DNA from: a virus
Lineage: Duplodnaviria > Caudoviricetes
IMG/VR virus record: IMGVR_UViG_3300010352_001202
Reading direction: 5' to 3' (one strand)
Length of the DNA stretch: 64,000 bases
Made by a program: the position numbers and the translations under genes. The number at the start of each line of letters is the position of its first letter. Positions within the stretch are counted from its first letter, which is position 1. The notes below the pieces were generated by a model, which worked only from the letters and a program-made list of their open reading frames with translations, did not search any database and had not been told where the DNA came from. Shown piece after piece: positions 28,588 to 38,286 of the stretch.

Positions 28588-30038
28588 AAACAAAATTAGA
28601 AATTGTCGATGAAGTGAATGTTCGCTTCCATGATTTAGATGTTGTATGCCGTCGCAAAATGGTAGAGGCACTAGAATATTTTATTCCATCGGCACAATAC
28701 ACTCCGGCCTACCGGCTGGGACGATGGTCGGGAAAAATGTCGTATGCAGACATCGGCGGTCGTTCATATCTAAATCTATTAGATAAACTCTTACCCATTG
28801 TGCAACAGCACGGTTATGAAATTGAGATCGATGACCAGCGCGAGCAGCATTCTTTTGAATTTGAAAAAGTCGATGAAGATAGCTACAGCCACATTAGCTG
28901 GCCCAAAGGGCATCCACTTGCTGGACAACCTATCAAGATCAAGGAACATCAACTTGATGTAATTAACTCTTACCTTGAGAACATCACAGGCATTAACATT
29001 GCCCCGACAGGCTCGGGAAAGACCCTAATTACGGCGATTCTTAGCCATAAGGCCGAACCTTATGGCCGCACGATAGTTATTGTGCCTACAAAGGATTTAG
29101 TCACACAAACAGAAGAAGATTACATTAACCTTGGATTAGATGTAGGTGTCTATTACGGCGATAGAAAAGAATATCGCAAGACCCACACAATTTGTACATG
29201 GCAAAGCTTAGAAAGCCTAGCAAAGAAATCAAAAGAAACCGAGCTAGAGATTTATATCGAAGATTTCTTCGAGGGCGTGGTGTGCGTCATAGTGGACGAG
29301 GTACACAAGGCGAAAGCCGATGTATTGAGAAAACTGTTATCGACTTATTTGGCTAAAGCACCTATTCGCTGGGGTCTTACTGGTACAATGCCGGAAGAAG
29401 ACTTTGAAAAGGTAGGCGTTATCGCTTGTATCGGCCCTATGCTGGGTAGAATCAATACAAAAGATCTTCAAGATAGCGGAATCCTTGCACAGTTGCATGT
29501 GAATGTGTGGCAACTACAAGACTTAGGTGAAGCAGCATTTGATAACTATCAATCCGAACTGAAATGGTTAACTACTAATCCGGCACGGCTAAAATATCTT
29601 GCCAAGCAAGTGGAAGAAATGGCCGAGACCGGCAACACACTTATATTGGTAGATCGCATTGAGACTGGAGAAAAGTTACAATCACTTATACCGGGCTCGA
29701 TTTTCGTTTCCGGTAAGATGAAGTCAAAGGACAGAAAAGCCGAGTATAAAGAAGTTCAGGAAGTAGACGGGAAGATTATTATTGCTACATATGGTGTAGC
29801 ATCTACAGGCATTAACATCGTCCGTATTTTTAATCTTGTTCTATTTGAAGCAGGTAAGAGCTTTGTGAGAGTAATTCAAAGTATAGGTCGTGGCATTCGT
29901 GTTGCACCAGATAAGGACTTTGTAAACATCTATGATGTTTGCTCGAACTGTAAGTTCTCAAAGAGGCACCTAACAAAGCGCAAGAAGTTCTATACAGAGG
30001 CACAATATCCATTTAGTATTAAGAAGGTGCAGTATTGA
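28584..30038 (+). CDS. uvsW: UvsW-like SF2 helicase
   Basis: [31 protein letters not shown]. Confidence 0.92.
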   Translation: MKTKLEIVDEVNVRFHDLDVVCRRKMVEALEYFIPSAQYTPAYRLGRWSGKMSYADIGGRSYLNLLDKLLPIVQQHGYEIEIDDQREQHSFEFEKVDEDSYSHISWPKGHPLAGQPIKIKEHQLDVINSYLENITGINIAPTGSGKTLITAILSHKAEPYGRTIVIVPTKDLVTQTEEDYINLGLDVGVYYGDRKEYRKTHTICTWQSLESLAKKSKETELEIYIEDFFEGVVCVIVDEVHKAKADVLRKLLSTYLAKAPIRWGLTGTMPEEDFEKVGVIACIGPMLGRINTKDLQDSGILAQLHVNVWQLQDLGEAAFDNYQSELKWLTTNPARLKYLAKQVEEMAETGNTLILVDRIETGEKLQSLIPGSIFVSGKMKSKDRKAEYKEVQEVDGKIIIATYGVASTGINIVRIFNLVLFEAGKSFVRVIQSIGRGIRVAPDKDFVNIYDVCSNCKFSKRHLTKRKKFYTEAQYPFSIKKVQY

Positions 30039-30376
30039 AAACTATTGAAACAGAAATATCTTGGGGATATTTGCCATTAATAGAAATATTTGCAAAAGCA
30101 AATAGTTTAGTTTTGAAATTTGAGCCAAGGTATACAACTGAACCAACTCGTGAATTTATAACAATTCATTATGAGGAAAATTCCGATACTGATATAACGA
30201 TTACCTGGTTGTCGTTTAAGCATCTCGGATTTAACAATATGTTGTGTGATTATTTAATAAGATGTAATGTGGAACCTATGATGATTCCAATAGGAAAAGT
30301 CGTAATGAGAAAAGATCCAGAGCTGGCAGAAAAAGAATGGCAAGAACATAGAAGGAAAATTGGGCTCACAAGATGA
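30035..30376 (+). CDS. Hypothetical protein
   Basis: Overlaps both neighbouring genes. Confidence 0.55.
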   Translation: MKTIETEISWGYLPLIEIFAKANSLVLKFEPRYTTEPTREFITIHYEENSDTDITITWLSFKHLGFNNMLCDYLIRCNVEPMMIPIGKVVMRKDPELAEKEWQEHRRKIGLTR

Positions 30377-30876
30377 ATATTTTAACAAATGAAAACAGGG
30401 CTTACAACTTAGATAAGATCCCGAACGAAATAGAAGACATTAGGTATTGCGTATTAGATTATTCGGATCCTAAGAATCCTGATTACTTTTTTATACCATT
30501 AATCTTCCTGGAAAGCTTTTATGCACCAGCTGTTGTTCTAAAGATAGGCGAATATACTGTACAAATGCCGCTTGATTGGTCTATACTTGTATGCGATGAG
30601 GACTATAGTGATTTAGAGCTAATGCCACTCACAAGTTTAAATGATCGTGGATTTCACACCATGGTTTTTAATCCACTAAGGCATATGGTACCAAGACCAC
30701 AAGAAGTAAACATTACAAATGTCTACGCAGAAGTGAAATGGTATTTCCCTAAGTTAAAGAACGGAAACATTTTAGTTGTTCCTGTAGAAGATAAACCTCA
30801 TCCTAACTGTGTATTATTTGTAAAGGAAGTTAGTAAACTTCCCGATGTGATTGATATGGGAGCACTCTTTGAGTAA
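30373..30876 (+). CDS. Hypothetical beta-rich protein
   Basis: 167-aa ORF with ATGA coupling. Confidence 0.75.
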   Translation: MNILTNENRAYNLDKIPNEIEDIRYCVLDYSDPKNPDYFFIPLIFLESFYAPAVVLKIGEYTVQMPLDWSILVCDEDYSDLELMPLTSLNDRGFHTMVFNPLRHMVPRPQEVNITNVYAEVKWYFPKLKNGNILVVPVEDKPHPNCVLFVKEVSKLPDVIDMGALFE

Positions 30877-31423
30877 CGAAGTAGGTGATTGGATTGAAGG
30901 TTTTTATCAAATGAACCCAGATGCGGTTCGAGTTGATGATGAGCCTAAGAAGAAAAAGAAAGAAAGTACACTGACATTGCAAGTTGAGTTACCTGCAATG
31001 GATTTGCGTAACATGGACTTCTATGCGAAGTTATCTGATGAGCACAAGAAAGAAATCAGCTTATGGGTGCTAATGAGATTCATGAGTTCATCGCAAGGTG
31101 CAACAGAACACCATATAATGATGGTTAATGATGTTGTAAATCATAACTTCAGCAATATTTCCAAGCATCCGGAATTGCAATGGAAGTTATTGGCATTGTG
31201 CGGCACAGGTAAGAAACAATTCCATCCATGGATCGCCCCACCTAGGGGCATCAAAAAGAATAAGTTAGAAGAAGCAGTTCTAAAGCATTACCCGTTACTT
31301 AAAGATAGCGATTTGGAATTATTACTCAAACTAAATACCCAAGCAGATTGGGAAGCATTCTTTAAAGACAACGGATACGACGACAAAACAATTAAGGAAC
31401 TGTTCAACACTAAGGGTAAATAA
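30869..31423 (+). CDS. Hypothetical protein, possibly clamp-loader small subunit (gp62)-like
   Basis: TTG start with GGAG SD; W.LMRFMS..VN...KHP.LQW.LL; the functional guess is weak. Confidence 0.5.
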   Translation: MSNEVGDWIEGFYQMNPDAVRVDDEPKKKKKESTLTLQVELPAMDLRNMDFYAKLSDEHKKEISLWVLMRFMSSSQGATEHHIMMVNDVVNHNFSNISKHPELQWKLLALCGTGKKQFHPWIAPPRGIKKNKLEEAVLKHYPLLKDSDLELLLKLNTQADWEAFFKDNGYDDKTIKELFNTKGK

Positions 31424-31425
31424 CT

Positions 31426-32124
31426 GTGTTGGCAAAAAAGAAAATGGATCAAGACTTCAGCTGTAAGTTTTGCGGAAATAAATTTCATAAGGAAACTACA
31501 CTAGCCACCCATATGTGCGTTAAGAAAAGACGCCATATGGAGCTCGGTGCTTCTGGATCGAGATTTGGTTTCCGTACATTCCAACGATTCTACGAGTTGA
31601 CAACTCAATCAAAGAAACTAAAATCCACAGACGATTTTATCAATAGTCCCTACTATATCGACTTTGTAAAGTTTGGTAATCATCTAGCATTACTAAAGCC
31701 AGTTCATATTGACAAGTATATCGATTTTGTTATTATGAATGGAGTAAAGTTAAAAGATTGGACAAAGGATTTTGTGTATGACCTCTATATTGAGGATCTA
31801 CTCAAAAAAGAACCCGCTGTAAGTGCAACCGAGAGAACCATTACAGAGATAATGGAATGGTGTGATAGGAATACCGTTGAGTTTGATAAATTCTTTTCGA
31901 CAGTAAATGCAAATGAAGCAGCACACCTGATTAGAACAGGCAGAATTAGTCCATGGGTCTTATATCTTAGTTCAACCGGCGAACAGTTAATGTCCCGTTT
32001 TAACGAAGATCATGCCAATATGATTGGCGCTGTAATTGATCCCGGTTTTTGGATGAGAAAGTTTAAGAAGGCAGACGATGATGTTGACTTCATTAAGAAT
32101 ATTTTGGAGCAATCAAAGTTATGA
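31426..32124 (+). CDS. C2H2/C2HC zinc-finger-containing protein
   Basis: FSCKFCGNKFHKETTLATHMC; G.ISPW. Confidence 0.75.
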   Translation: MLAKKKMDQDFSCKFCGNKFHKETTLATHMCVKKRRHMELGASGSRFGFRTFQRFYELTTQSKKLKSTDDFINSPYYIDFVKFGNHLALLKPVHIDKYIDFVIMNGVKLKDWTKDFVYDLYIEDLLKKEPAVSATERTITEIMEWCDRNTVEFDKFFSTVNANEAAHLIRTGRISPWVLYLSSTGEQLMSRFNEDHANMIGAVIDPGFWMRKFKKADDDVDFIKNILEQSKL

Positions 32125-32324
32125 CAAAGACACACAGAAGAAAAGGTAAGGAAGTAGGATCAAAAGATCCAAAGGGTAAATGTGACATGTGTAACCATAG
32201 AAAAGCTACACATTGGTTTGGTATGACAAGCGTTGCATTATGCGACGAGGAAGAGTGCGCAGAACGAAATCAGGTTAACTGGGATCGCATGATAGAAGAC
32301 ATGGAAGATGAAAATGGTTATTGA
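32121..32324 (+). CDS. Small Cys-rich protein
   Basis: CDMC...CDEEEC. Confidence 0.55.
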   Translation: MTKTHRRKGKEVGSKDPKGKCDMCNHRKATHWFGMTSVALCDEEECAERNQVNWDRMIEDMEDENGY

Positions 32325-32520
32325 TATTCTTGATTGGGATATAACTTATACTGAACTTATGCAATGGATTTCCATTACGGGTGCCGAGTTAGTTGCCATT
32401 ACCGGCCTTGGTGGCTTTGGAGCATTTACCGGCTCCGTTGGTCCATGTACAAAGTACGAATTTTATAAAGAGGAAGACTTTGTAATGTTCAAACTTGCTT
32501 TTCAAAAAGAAAAGAAATAA
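32308..32520 (+). CDS. Small hypothetical protein, possibly extended by a -1 frameshift to 32615
   Basis: Ends YEFYKEEDFVMFKLAF; the -1 frame continues VGY...YYAPYIP. Confidence 0.6.
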   Translation: MKMVIDILDWDITYTELMQWISITGAELVAITGLGGFGAFTGSVGPCTKYEFYKEEDFVMFKLAFQKEKK

Positions 32521-32595
32521 CATATAAAGTAGGATATCGAGATAAACAGATATTTGATGTATCTGCTTACTACGCACCCTATATTCCGTATCCAA

Positions 32596-33183
32596 ATGAA
32601 AAAAGTAACAACTGATGTAGATATCGATGTGTTTGGTCGGGATAAAATCCTAGAAGGATTAGAATGTATCTTTGGCCGCATCGATCGTGCTGATAACAAG
32701 TACGATAAGCATAACACTGGTGTATACTTTCAGAATATTCCGCGTGATCCTGTAACTAATATTTCTACAGTCGATCACCGTATTGCCAAAGATTATGGTT
32801 ATTTTAAGATTGACTTTCTTAATGTCAATATGTATGAAAATATTAGGGATGAAGAACATCTCCTAAAACTATTGAATACGGAACCACCCTGGGACTTCTT
32901 CGAATATAAAGAAGTAACAGAACAACTGTTCCACCTTAGTGGTCATAGCAACTTGCTCAGCAAGTACAGACCACAGTCCGTAGAAGACTTAGCTATGATT
33001 TTGGCTATTATCCGACCAGCCAAGGCACACCTGCAGCAGCAAGGCTGGGATAAGATTAGGGATGAGGTGTGGGTTAAAACAGGCGACGAAAACTACCAGT
33101 TTAAGAGATCACATGCAATTAGCTATGCGCTAGCTATTATTGTGAATCTAAATTTACTGATAGAAGAACTATCTAAGGATTAG
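32596..33183 (+). CDS. Minimal DNA polymerase III alpha (DnaE)-like protein
   Basis: DVDID, KHNTGVY, GYFKIDFLN, LAIIRP and YQFKRSHAISYA motifs within 195 aa. Confidence 0.82.
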   Translation: MKKVTTDVDIDVFGRDKILEGLECIFGRIDRADNKYDKHNTGVYFQNIPRDPVTNISTVDHRIAKDYGYFKIDFLNVNMYENIRDEEHLLKLLNTEPPWDFFEYKEVTEQLFHLSGHSNLLSKYRPQSVEDLAMILAIIRPAKAHLQQQGWDKIRDEVWVKTGDENYQFKRSHAISYALAIIVNLNLLIEELSKD

Positions 33184-33551
33184 TCTGTTCGTCTCACTAA
33201 GTGAATCTGACGCTTCTTAATGCGCTTCCTCATAATATTATTAAGGCTTGTTACCGAGCCGAATAATATCTCTACATCTTTATTTACAATTGTTTTCATG
33301 CAGTAACGGAATGGTTGCATCTGTCCCTGCAAGAAAATATTGATAGGTAAAAGTCTATTACTCTCCCACCACCAAGTTTCTCCGTACTCTAAAAAGAGCA
33401 CCTTCTCTTCGGGTGAGCGTATAGATTCGTAGTCATAGAAACTAATAATTTTATCATCAGAATTCTGTATAATGCCGATATACTCGTGAGTTTGGCAGCG
33501 AATTCCGCTTAGAAAGGGAAATTTTTCTTTGATTTCTTCTAGATTAATCAT
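33180..33551 (-). CDS. Hypothetical late protein
   Basis: [27 protein letters not shown]; CATAAATA on the minus strand at 33559-66. Confidence 0.75.
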   Translation of the reverse strand: MINLEEIKEKFPFLSGIRCQTHEYIGIIQNSDDKIISFYDYESIRSPEEKVLFLEYGETWWWESNRLLPINIFLQGQMQPFRYCMKTIVNKDVEILFGSVTSLNNIMRKRIKKRQIHLVRRTD

Positions 33552-33622
33552 ACCTTGTTATTTATGAACTTTGGGCGGTGTCGAAACTTTTTTTGGCGCT
33601 GATAGTGATAAATATGAATAAT

Positions 33623-34225
33623 ATGTTCTATGTCTATGCCTATCTTCGTAAGTCCGACAATACACCCTACTATATAGGAAAGGGCAAGGAGTCTCGCGCA
33701 TACGAAAAGCATAATGTTTCTGTTCCAAATAGTAGAAATAATATAGTGTTTTTAGAGACTGGTCTTACCGAAATTGGTGCTTTTGCACTTGAACGCAGAA
33801 TGATTAAATGGTACGGACGAAAAGATTTAGGAACCGGTATTCTCCGCAATAGGACAGATGGTGGTGAAGGTAGTGCTGGTAGAATAGTTTCCATTGAATC
33901 GAAAAGGAAACAAGTGCAGACTCGGCGTGAAAACGGAAATTATGTTGTATCAGAGGAAACAAGACAAAAAATTTCCGTAAAAACATCAATATCTACAACA
34001 GGTGTAAAGAAATCTGTAGAACATTCAAAAAATATAGGTTTGGCGAAAATAGGTAATAAAAATCCTATGTTTGGTAAAACTCCTACAGCGGAACACAAAA
34101 TGAAAATTAGTCTTACAATGAGTGGTATTTCTAAGCCACAGATTTCTTGTCCACATTGTAATAAAACAGGTGGTAAACCGGTAATGGCTCGTCACCACTT
34201 TGATAACTGTAAACACAAGGAGTAA
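33623..34225 (+). CDS. GIY-YIG-type homing endonuclease with NUMOD3 motifs
   Basis: FYVYAY...[35 protein letters not shown]...H.DNC; GATAAATA at 33607. Confidence 0.8.
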   Translation: MFYVYAYLRKSDNTPYYIGKGKESRAYEKHNVSVPNSRNNIVFLETGLTEIGAFALERRMIKWYGRKDLGTGILRNRTDGGEGSAGRIVSIESKRKQVQTRRENGNYVVSEETRQKISVKTSISTTGVKKSVEHSKNIGLAKIGNKNPMFGKTPTAEHKMKISLTMSGISKPQISCPHCNKTGGKPVMARHHFDNCKHKE

Positions 34226-34230
34226 CTAAT

Positions 34231-35103
34231 GTGGATGTTACCTTTAAAAAAATATATTTGTACGATCATGTCTGGCAGCTACTTGCTGTTGGCGACACCT
34301 TTTGTCCTTGCAAGGATACAGGCCCAATGAATAATAATACTCCTTTGAAATGCCATAAGGGTATTGATAACAAACTCATCTTTAGAGCATTGGGCCCGGA
34401 CAGAGTTCCGCTTGATATTTCATGCACTCAGCAAGTGTATGCAAGAATCGTTGATCCGGATAATAGAATGGTTGTTCTTGAGAAACTATGCAGAATAGGA
34501 CCAGCTAAAGGGATTATTACCTGTGAATTAGATTCGGGCGATATTGCTTTACTTCACGCCGGTCTTTATAACTTTGTATTGATTAGAACAGAAGACTTTG
34601 TTTCTAATGTGCCCGGTTATTATGTTGAGAAGCCCTTATATAGTGACATGAATGATAATGTCGCTATGGAAATTGAAATTACAGAACAAGCATTCAAGGC
34701 ACCTAAACCTAGCATTATTATTAATCCGGAAGATTGGATTCCCGATATTATCCTTTCTACCATGACTGCACCTGCACCTTGTTTCTATACTTCCAGAATT
34801 CCTGGCGGCCGTGTTCAAAATCATATTGACTCGGTTCACTCGTTCTCTACATACACTGAAAACTTCACAGGTATTCTCGAAATTTGGGGATCGTTAGAAG
34901 AAACTCCGGATCCGTATCTAAATTCAGCACGATGGTTTAAAATTTATCCATCGTCTATGTCTAATGACATTGAATTTATTCAATATACAGGCACACAGGC
35001 ATGGACCTTCTCTGCAAACTTTATGTGGTTGAAGTTTAGATATTTCCCAAGCACAGAAGTTTTAGATCCCGGTATTATGAGAAAACTTATTGTAAGAACA
35101 TGA
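34231..35103 (+). CDS. Hypothetical virion-type protein
   Basis: GTG start with AAGGAG SD; KGIDN.L.F, F.WL.F.Y. Confidence 0.7.
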   Translation: MDVTFKKIYLYDHVWQLLAVGDTFCPCKDTGPMNNNTPLKCHKGIDNKLIFRALGPDRVPLDISCTQQVYARIVDPDNRMVVLEKLCRIGPAKGIITCELDSGDIALLHAGLYNFVLIRTEDFVSNVPGYYVEKPLYSDMNDNVAMEIEITEQAFKAPKPSIIINPEDWIPDIILSTMTAPAPCFYTSRIPGGRVQNHIDSVHSFSTYTENFTGILEIWGSLEETPDPYLNSARWFKIYPSSMSNDIEFIQYTGTQAWTFSANFMWLKFRYFPSTEVLDPGIMRKLIVRT

Positions 35104-35456
35104 AGGCAGAAGAATTTTTAATAGAATCATCTATTGATGATAATTTTGATTTTGTAATAAAACCTAAGCGGGGAATGTACGCATTTCCGAAGGGTGTGGA
35201 CCAATCTGATAAGAATAATGCAGCAGGATGGCTTGGATTATCTTTCGTTAGCCCCGGTGTATACGAAGTGGCTGATGTTTTAGTTCATCCCGAATATAAA
35301 AGGCAAGGTCTCGCAACAGCAATGTATCAGAAAATGATTGATACGGGTATTAGGCTTGTTCGCTCTAATGAGCAACGGCCCGACGGAAGCGCAATGTGGG
35401 CAGGATTTGCAAAGAAAGGTCTTGCCAGGAATAGAGAATTTGTCGGTAAAAACTAA
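35100..35456 (+). CDS. GNAT acetyltransferase with capsid-targeting-like N-terminus
   Basis: V.VHPEYKRQGLATAMY acetyl-CoA motif; Q.PDG.AMW; starts MKAEEFLIES. Confidence 0.75.
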   Translation: MKAEEFLIESSIDDNFDFVIKPKRGMYAFPKGVDQSDKNNAAGWLGLSFVSPGVYEVADVLVHPEYKRQGLATAMYQKMIDTGIRLVRSNEQRPDGSAMWAGFAKKGLARNREFVGKN

Positions 35457-35458
35457 TA

Positions 35459-35487
35459 TTGATTTTCTGTAGAGAATCTGTTACACT
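35459..35487 (+). promoter_or_regulatory. sigma70-type promoter (leaderless primase mRNA)
   Basis: TTGATT-17-TACACT; ATG at 35494. Confidence 0.65.
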
Positions 35488-35493
35488 TACCGT

Positions 35494-36552
35494 ATGATCC
35501 TAGATGTCTTAAAAGACGCAATCCTTTCCAACCTTGGTACTCTTAAGCAAGCCCCTAAGGGCTGGCATAAGCGTAACTGTATGCTTTGCCACACACAAGG
35601 GCACGGCAGAGATACCCGCAACCGTTTTGGAATCCAGTTTAACCCAAACTCAATCGCACTAAATTGTTTCAATTGCGGATTCTCCGCTGGTTACACAGAA
35701 GGCGAGGAGCTATCTAAACACTTCAAGTTTTTCCTAACCCAATTACACATAGATGACAAATTCATTAAGCAAATCGAATTTGAAATCTTTAAGTCTAAAA
35801 ATAAGATTGATGCATTGCGTGAAGGCGAAAAGGTTGAGGATAAGGAAGGTAAACTCAAAAACTTGTTCCAGAAGTGGAAACCAATGGAGTTGCCCAAGGA
35901 TTCGTTACCTGTATCTCAATGGCTAGAATACGGTTTAGATAATCCCAACTTTCTAAAAGTTGTAAACTATGCACTTGATAGAAAAATATTTGATTTAGAC
36001 AACTTCTACTGGTCACCGCTACGAGAACATAATCTAAATCAAAGATTGATTATACCTTATTACTACAAAAGAAAAATTGTAGGATTTACTTCGCGACTTT
36101 GTTTCAATCCGCCCGACAAGTCTATCCCAAAATACTATCAACAATGCCCCGAAGACTTTGTCTACAATCTTGACAATCAACAAGAGTGGTCTCGTAAATA
36201 TGCACTTGTTACAGAGGGAGTTCTAGATGCCTGGGTTTTAGATGGCATAAGTATATTAGGAGAAGTAGGCCAGGCGAAGATTGATATTATCAACCGATTG
36301 CAGAAAGAAGTTATCGTATGCCCAGACGGTGACAAGAAAGGTTGGGATTTAGTTCAAATTGCAATAGATAACAACTGGGCGGTCTCGTTCCCCAAATGGA
36401 GCATGGAATTCAAAGACCCTGCAAGAGCAGCAGAAAAATACGGAAGGTTACTAACAACTCACTCTGTTATTTCTTCAGCAGTTCACGGCAAGGATAAAAT
36501 ACAATTAAAATGGAACATTGAACAAAATGACAGAGAACGAAAACGCAAGTGA
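35494..36552 (+). CDS. DNA primase (gp61-like)
   Basis: CxxC...CFNC zinc finger; RLIIP; TOPRIM motifs VTEG.LDA and PDGD..G; KD. Confidence 0.88.
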   Translation: MILDVLKDAILSNLGTLKQAPKGWHKRNCMLCHTQGHGRDTRNRFGIQFNPNSIALNCFNCGFSAGYTEGEELSKHFKFFLTQLHIDDKFIKQIEFEIFKSKNKIDALREGEKVEDKEGKLKNLFQKWKPMELPKDSLPVSQWLEYGLDNPNFLKVVNYALDRKIFDLDNFYWSPLREHNLNQRLIIPYYYKRKIVGFTSRLCFNPPDKSIPKYYQQCPEDFVYNLDNQQEWSRKYALVTEGVLDAWVLDGISILGEVGQAKIDIINRLQKEVIVCPDGDKKGWDLVQIAIDNNWAVSFPKWSMEFKDPARAAEKYGRLLTTHSVISSAVHGKDKIQLKWNIEQNDRERKRK

Positions 36553-37972
36553 AATTAATGACTATAGCAAGGACATAGAAGACTTGTTCATTAGTTTCAT
36601 GATGAGCAAGCCGGATCTGTTTGTACGATGCAAGGGTATTCTAAAGTCGCAATATTTTGATGATAAGCAAAACAGAGATACAGTTGCTTTCATTGAAGGG
36701 TATAGTGTTGACTTTTCAGAAATCCCGTCATTGCAACAAATCAGAGCAGTTACCAGAAAAGAAATAGACCTAATGGAGGTCGAGGCTGCAAAGCACGACA
36801 ATTGGTTCTTAAGAGAATTTGAAAAGTTTTGTAGGCATAAGGCACTTAGGGATGCAATTCTTGCATCGCCGGATTTGCTTGATGAGGGCAGATATGGCGA
36901 AGTTGAATCAACTATTAAGGCGGCGGTGCAAATCGCCCTGGTTAAGGACCTTGGAACAGATTATTACGCAAATCCCAAAGCACGACTTGAAGCGATTCGT
37001 GAGGGTAAGGGTCAGGTATCGACGGGCTGGAAAACAGTAGATGAAAAGCTATATGGTGGTCTAAACAAAGGTGAAATTACAATCTTTGCCGGACAATCTG
37101 GTGCTGGTAAATCTCTTTTCTTACAGAACCTTGCAGTCAACTGGGCGCAGGCAGGATTAAATGTAATTTATCTTTCACTAGAACTTAGCGAACCATTGTG
37201 TTCTATGCGTGTGGATGCAATGCACACTGGATTTGAAACTCGCGAAGTAATGCGTAACATCGATGATGTTCACATTAAGGTAAGAGCATCACAACAAAAG
37301 ACTAAAGGTAATCTGCAAGTAAAGCAATTGCCAAACGGCTGTACTTCTAATGATATTCGTGCTTATGTCAAAGAATACGAGATCTTTAAGAAGGTAAAGG
37401 TAGATGCAATTCTTGTAGACTATTTGGATCTAATGATGCCAATGTCTAAGAAGATTTCAGCAGAAAACTTATTCGTTAAGGACAAGTATGTTACTGAAGA
37501 GTTGCGTAACCTTGCAGTAGAGTTACAGGTAGTAACAGTTTCGGCTTCTCAGTTGAATCGTGGTTCTTATGAAGAAATTGAGTTTGACCCAAGCCATATT
37601 GCTGGTGGTATTTCTAAAGTTAACACAGCAGATAATGTCATCGGTATCTTTACAAGTGCTGCAATGAAAGAAGGCGGTAGATATCAAATTCAATTTATGA
37701 AGACGCGTTCTAGTTCGGGCGTAGGATCTAAGGTAGACTTATCCTTTGATAACAAATGTCTTAGAATTACTGACCTGGAAGAAGGCGACGATAATGCTAT
37801 ACAAGCAACTTCTAAGAACATCTATGAGCAATTAAAGAAGAAGAGTGTAGTAAGAGGCGGAGAAAAGGCAGAACCGAGCTCCGGAGACGCAACATCAATG
37901 ACACAGAATAGTGGAAAAGCTAATCCATTGGAAGGTGCGGCCGTGTTAAGAGCTTTTATTAAGAATAGATAG
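36527..37972 (+). CDS. Replicative helicase (gp41/DnaB-like)
   Basis: AGQSGAGKS, SLELSE, VDYLDL, SASQLNR, K.R. Confidence 0.92.
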   Translation: MTENENASEINDYSKDIEDLFISFMMSKPDLFVRCKGILKSQYFDDKQNRDTVAFIEGYSVDFSEIPSLQQIRAVTRKEIDLMEVEAAKHDNWFLREFEKFCRHKALRDAILASPDLLDEGRYGEVESTIKAAVQIALVKDLGTDYYANPKARLEAIREGKGQVSTGWKTVDEKLYGGLNKGEITIFAGQSGAGKSLFLQNLAVNWAQAGLNVIYLSLELSEPLCSMRVDAMHTGFETREVMRNIDDVHIKVRASQQKTKGNLQVKQLPNGCTSNDIRAYVKEYEIFKKVKVDAILVDYLDLMMPMSKKISAENLFVKDKYVTEELRNLAVELQVVTVSASQLNRGSYEEIEFDPSHIAGGISKVNTADNVIGIFTSAAMKEGGRYQIQFMKTRSSSGVGSKVDLSFDNKCLRITDLEEGDDNAIQATSKNIYEQLKKKSVVRGGEKAEPSSGDATSMTQNSGKANPLEGAAVLRAFIKNR

Positions 37973-38004
37973 ATAAATATGCGAAAGTAATTGGAGATAG
38001 CAAA

Positions 38005-38286
38005 TTGCCTATTAATCGCAGAAGCAGGTCTATTTTAGAAGAGATTAGCTCCTATGTTCCTCAAAAGAGCAAGGAAGATCTCATTGAGGCCAGAGCACAA
38101 CATATAATAGTTTCAGCCATCAATTTGCTTGAATCTATTGACGAATCTTTTTCACCAGCGGAAGCAGAAGCACTTAAGAAACGCTTTGTTTCCAGCATCC
38201 GTGGCTCCGACCCTAACCGATTTACCCGTATGGTTAAGAGAATTAAGGGTGGATGTGACGGAGAAGACGAATTCGATGGACACTAA
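38005..38286 (+). CDS. Hypothetical late protein
   Basis: GATAAATA at 37972; TTG start with GGAG SD; RSILEEI. Confidence 0.7.
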   Translation: MPINRRSRSILEEISSYVPQKSKEDLIEARAQHIIVSAINLLESIDESFSPAEAEALKKRFVSSIRGSDPNRFTRMVKRIKGGCDGEDEFDGH

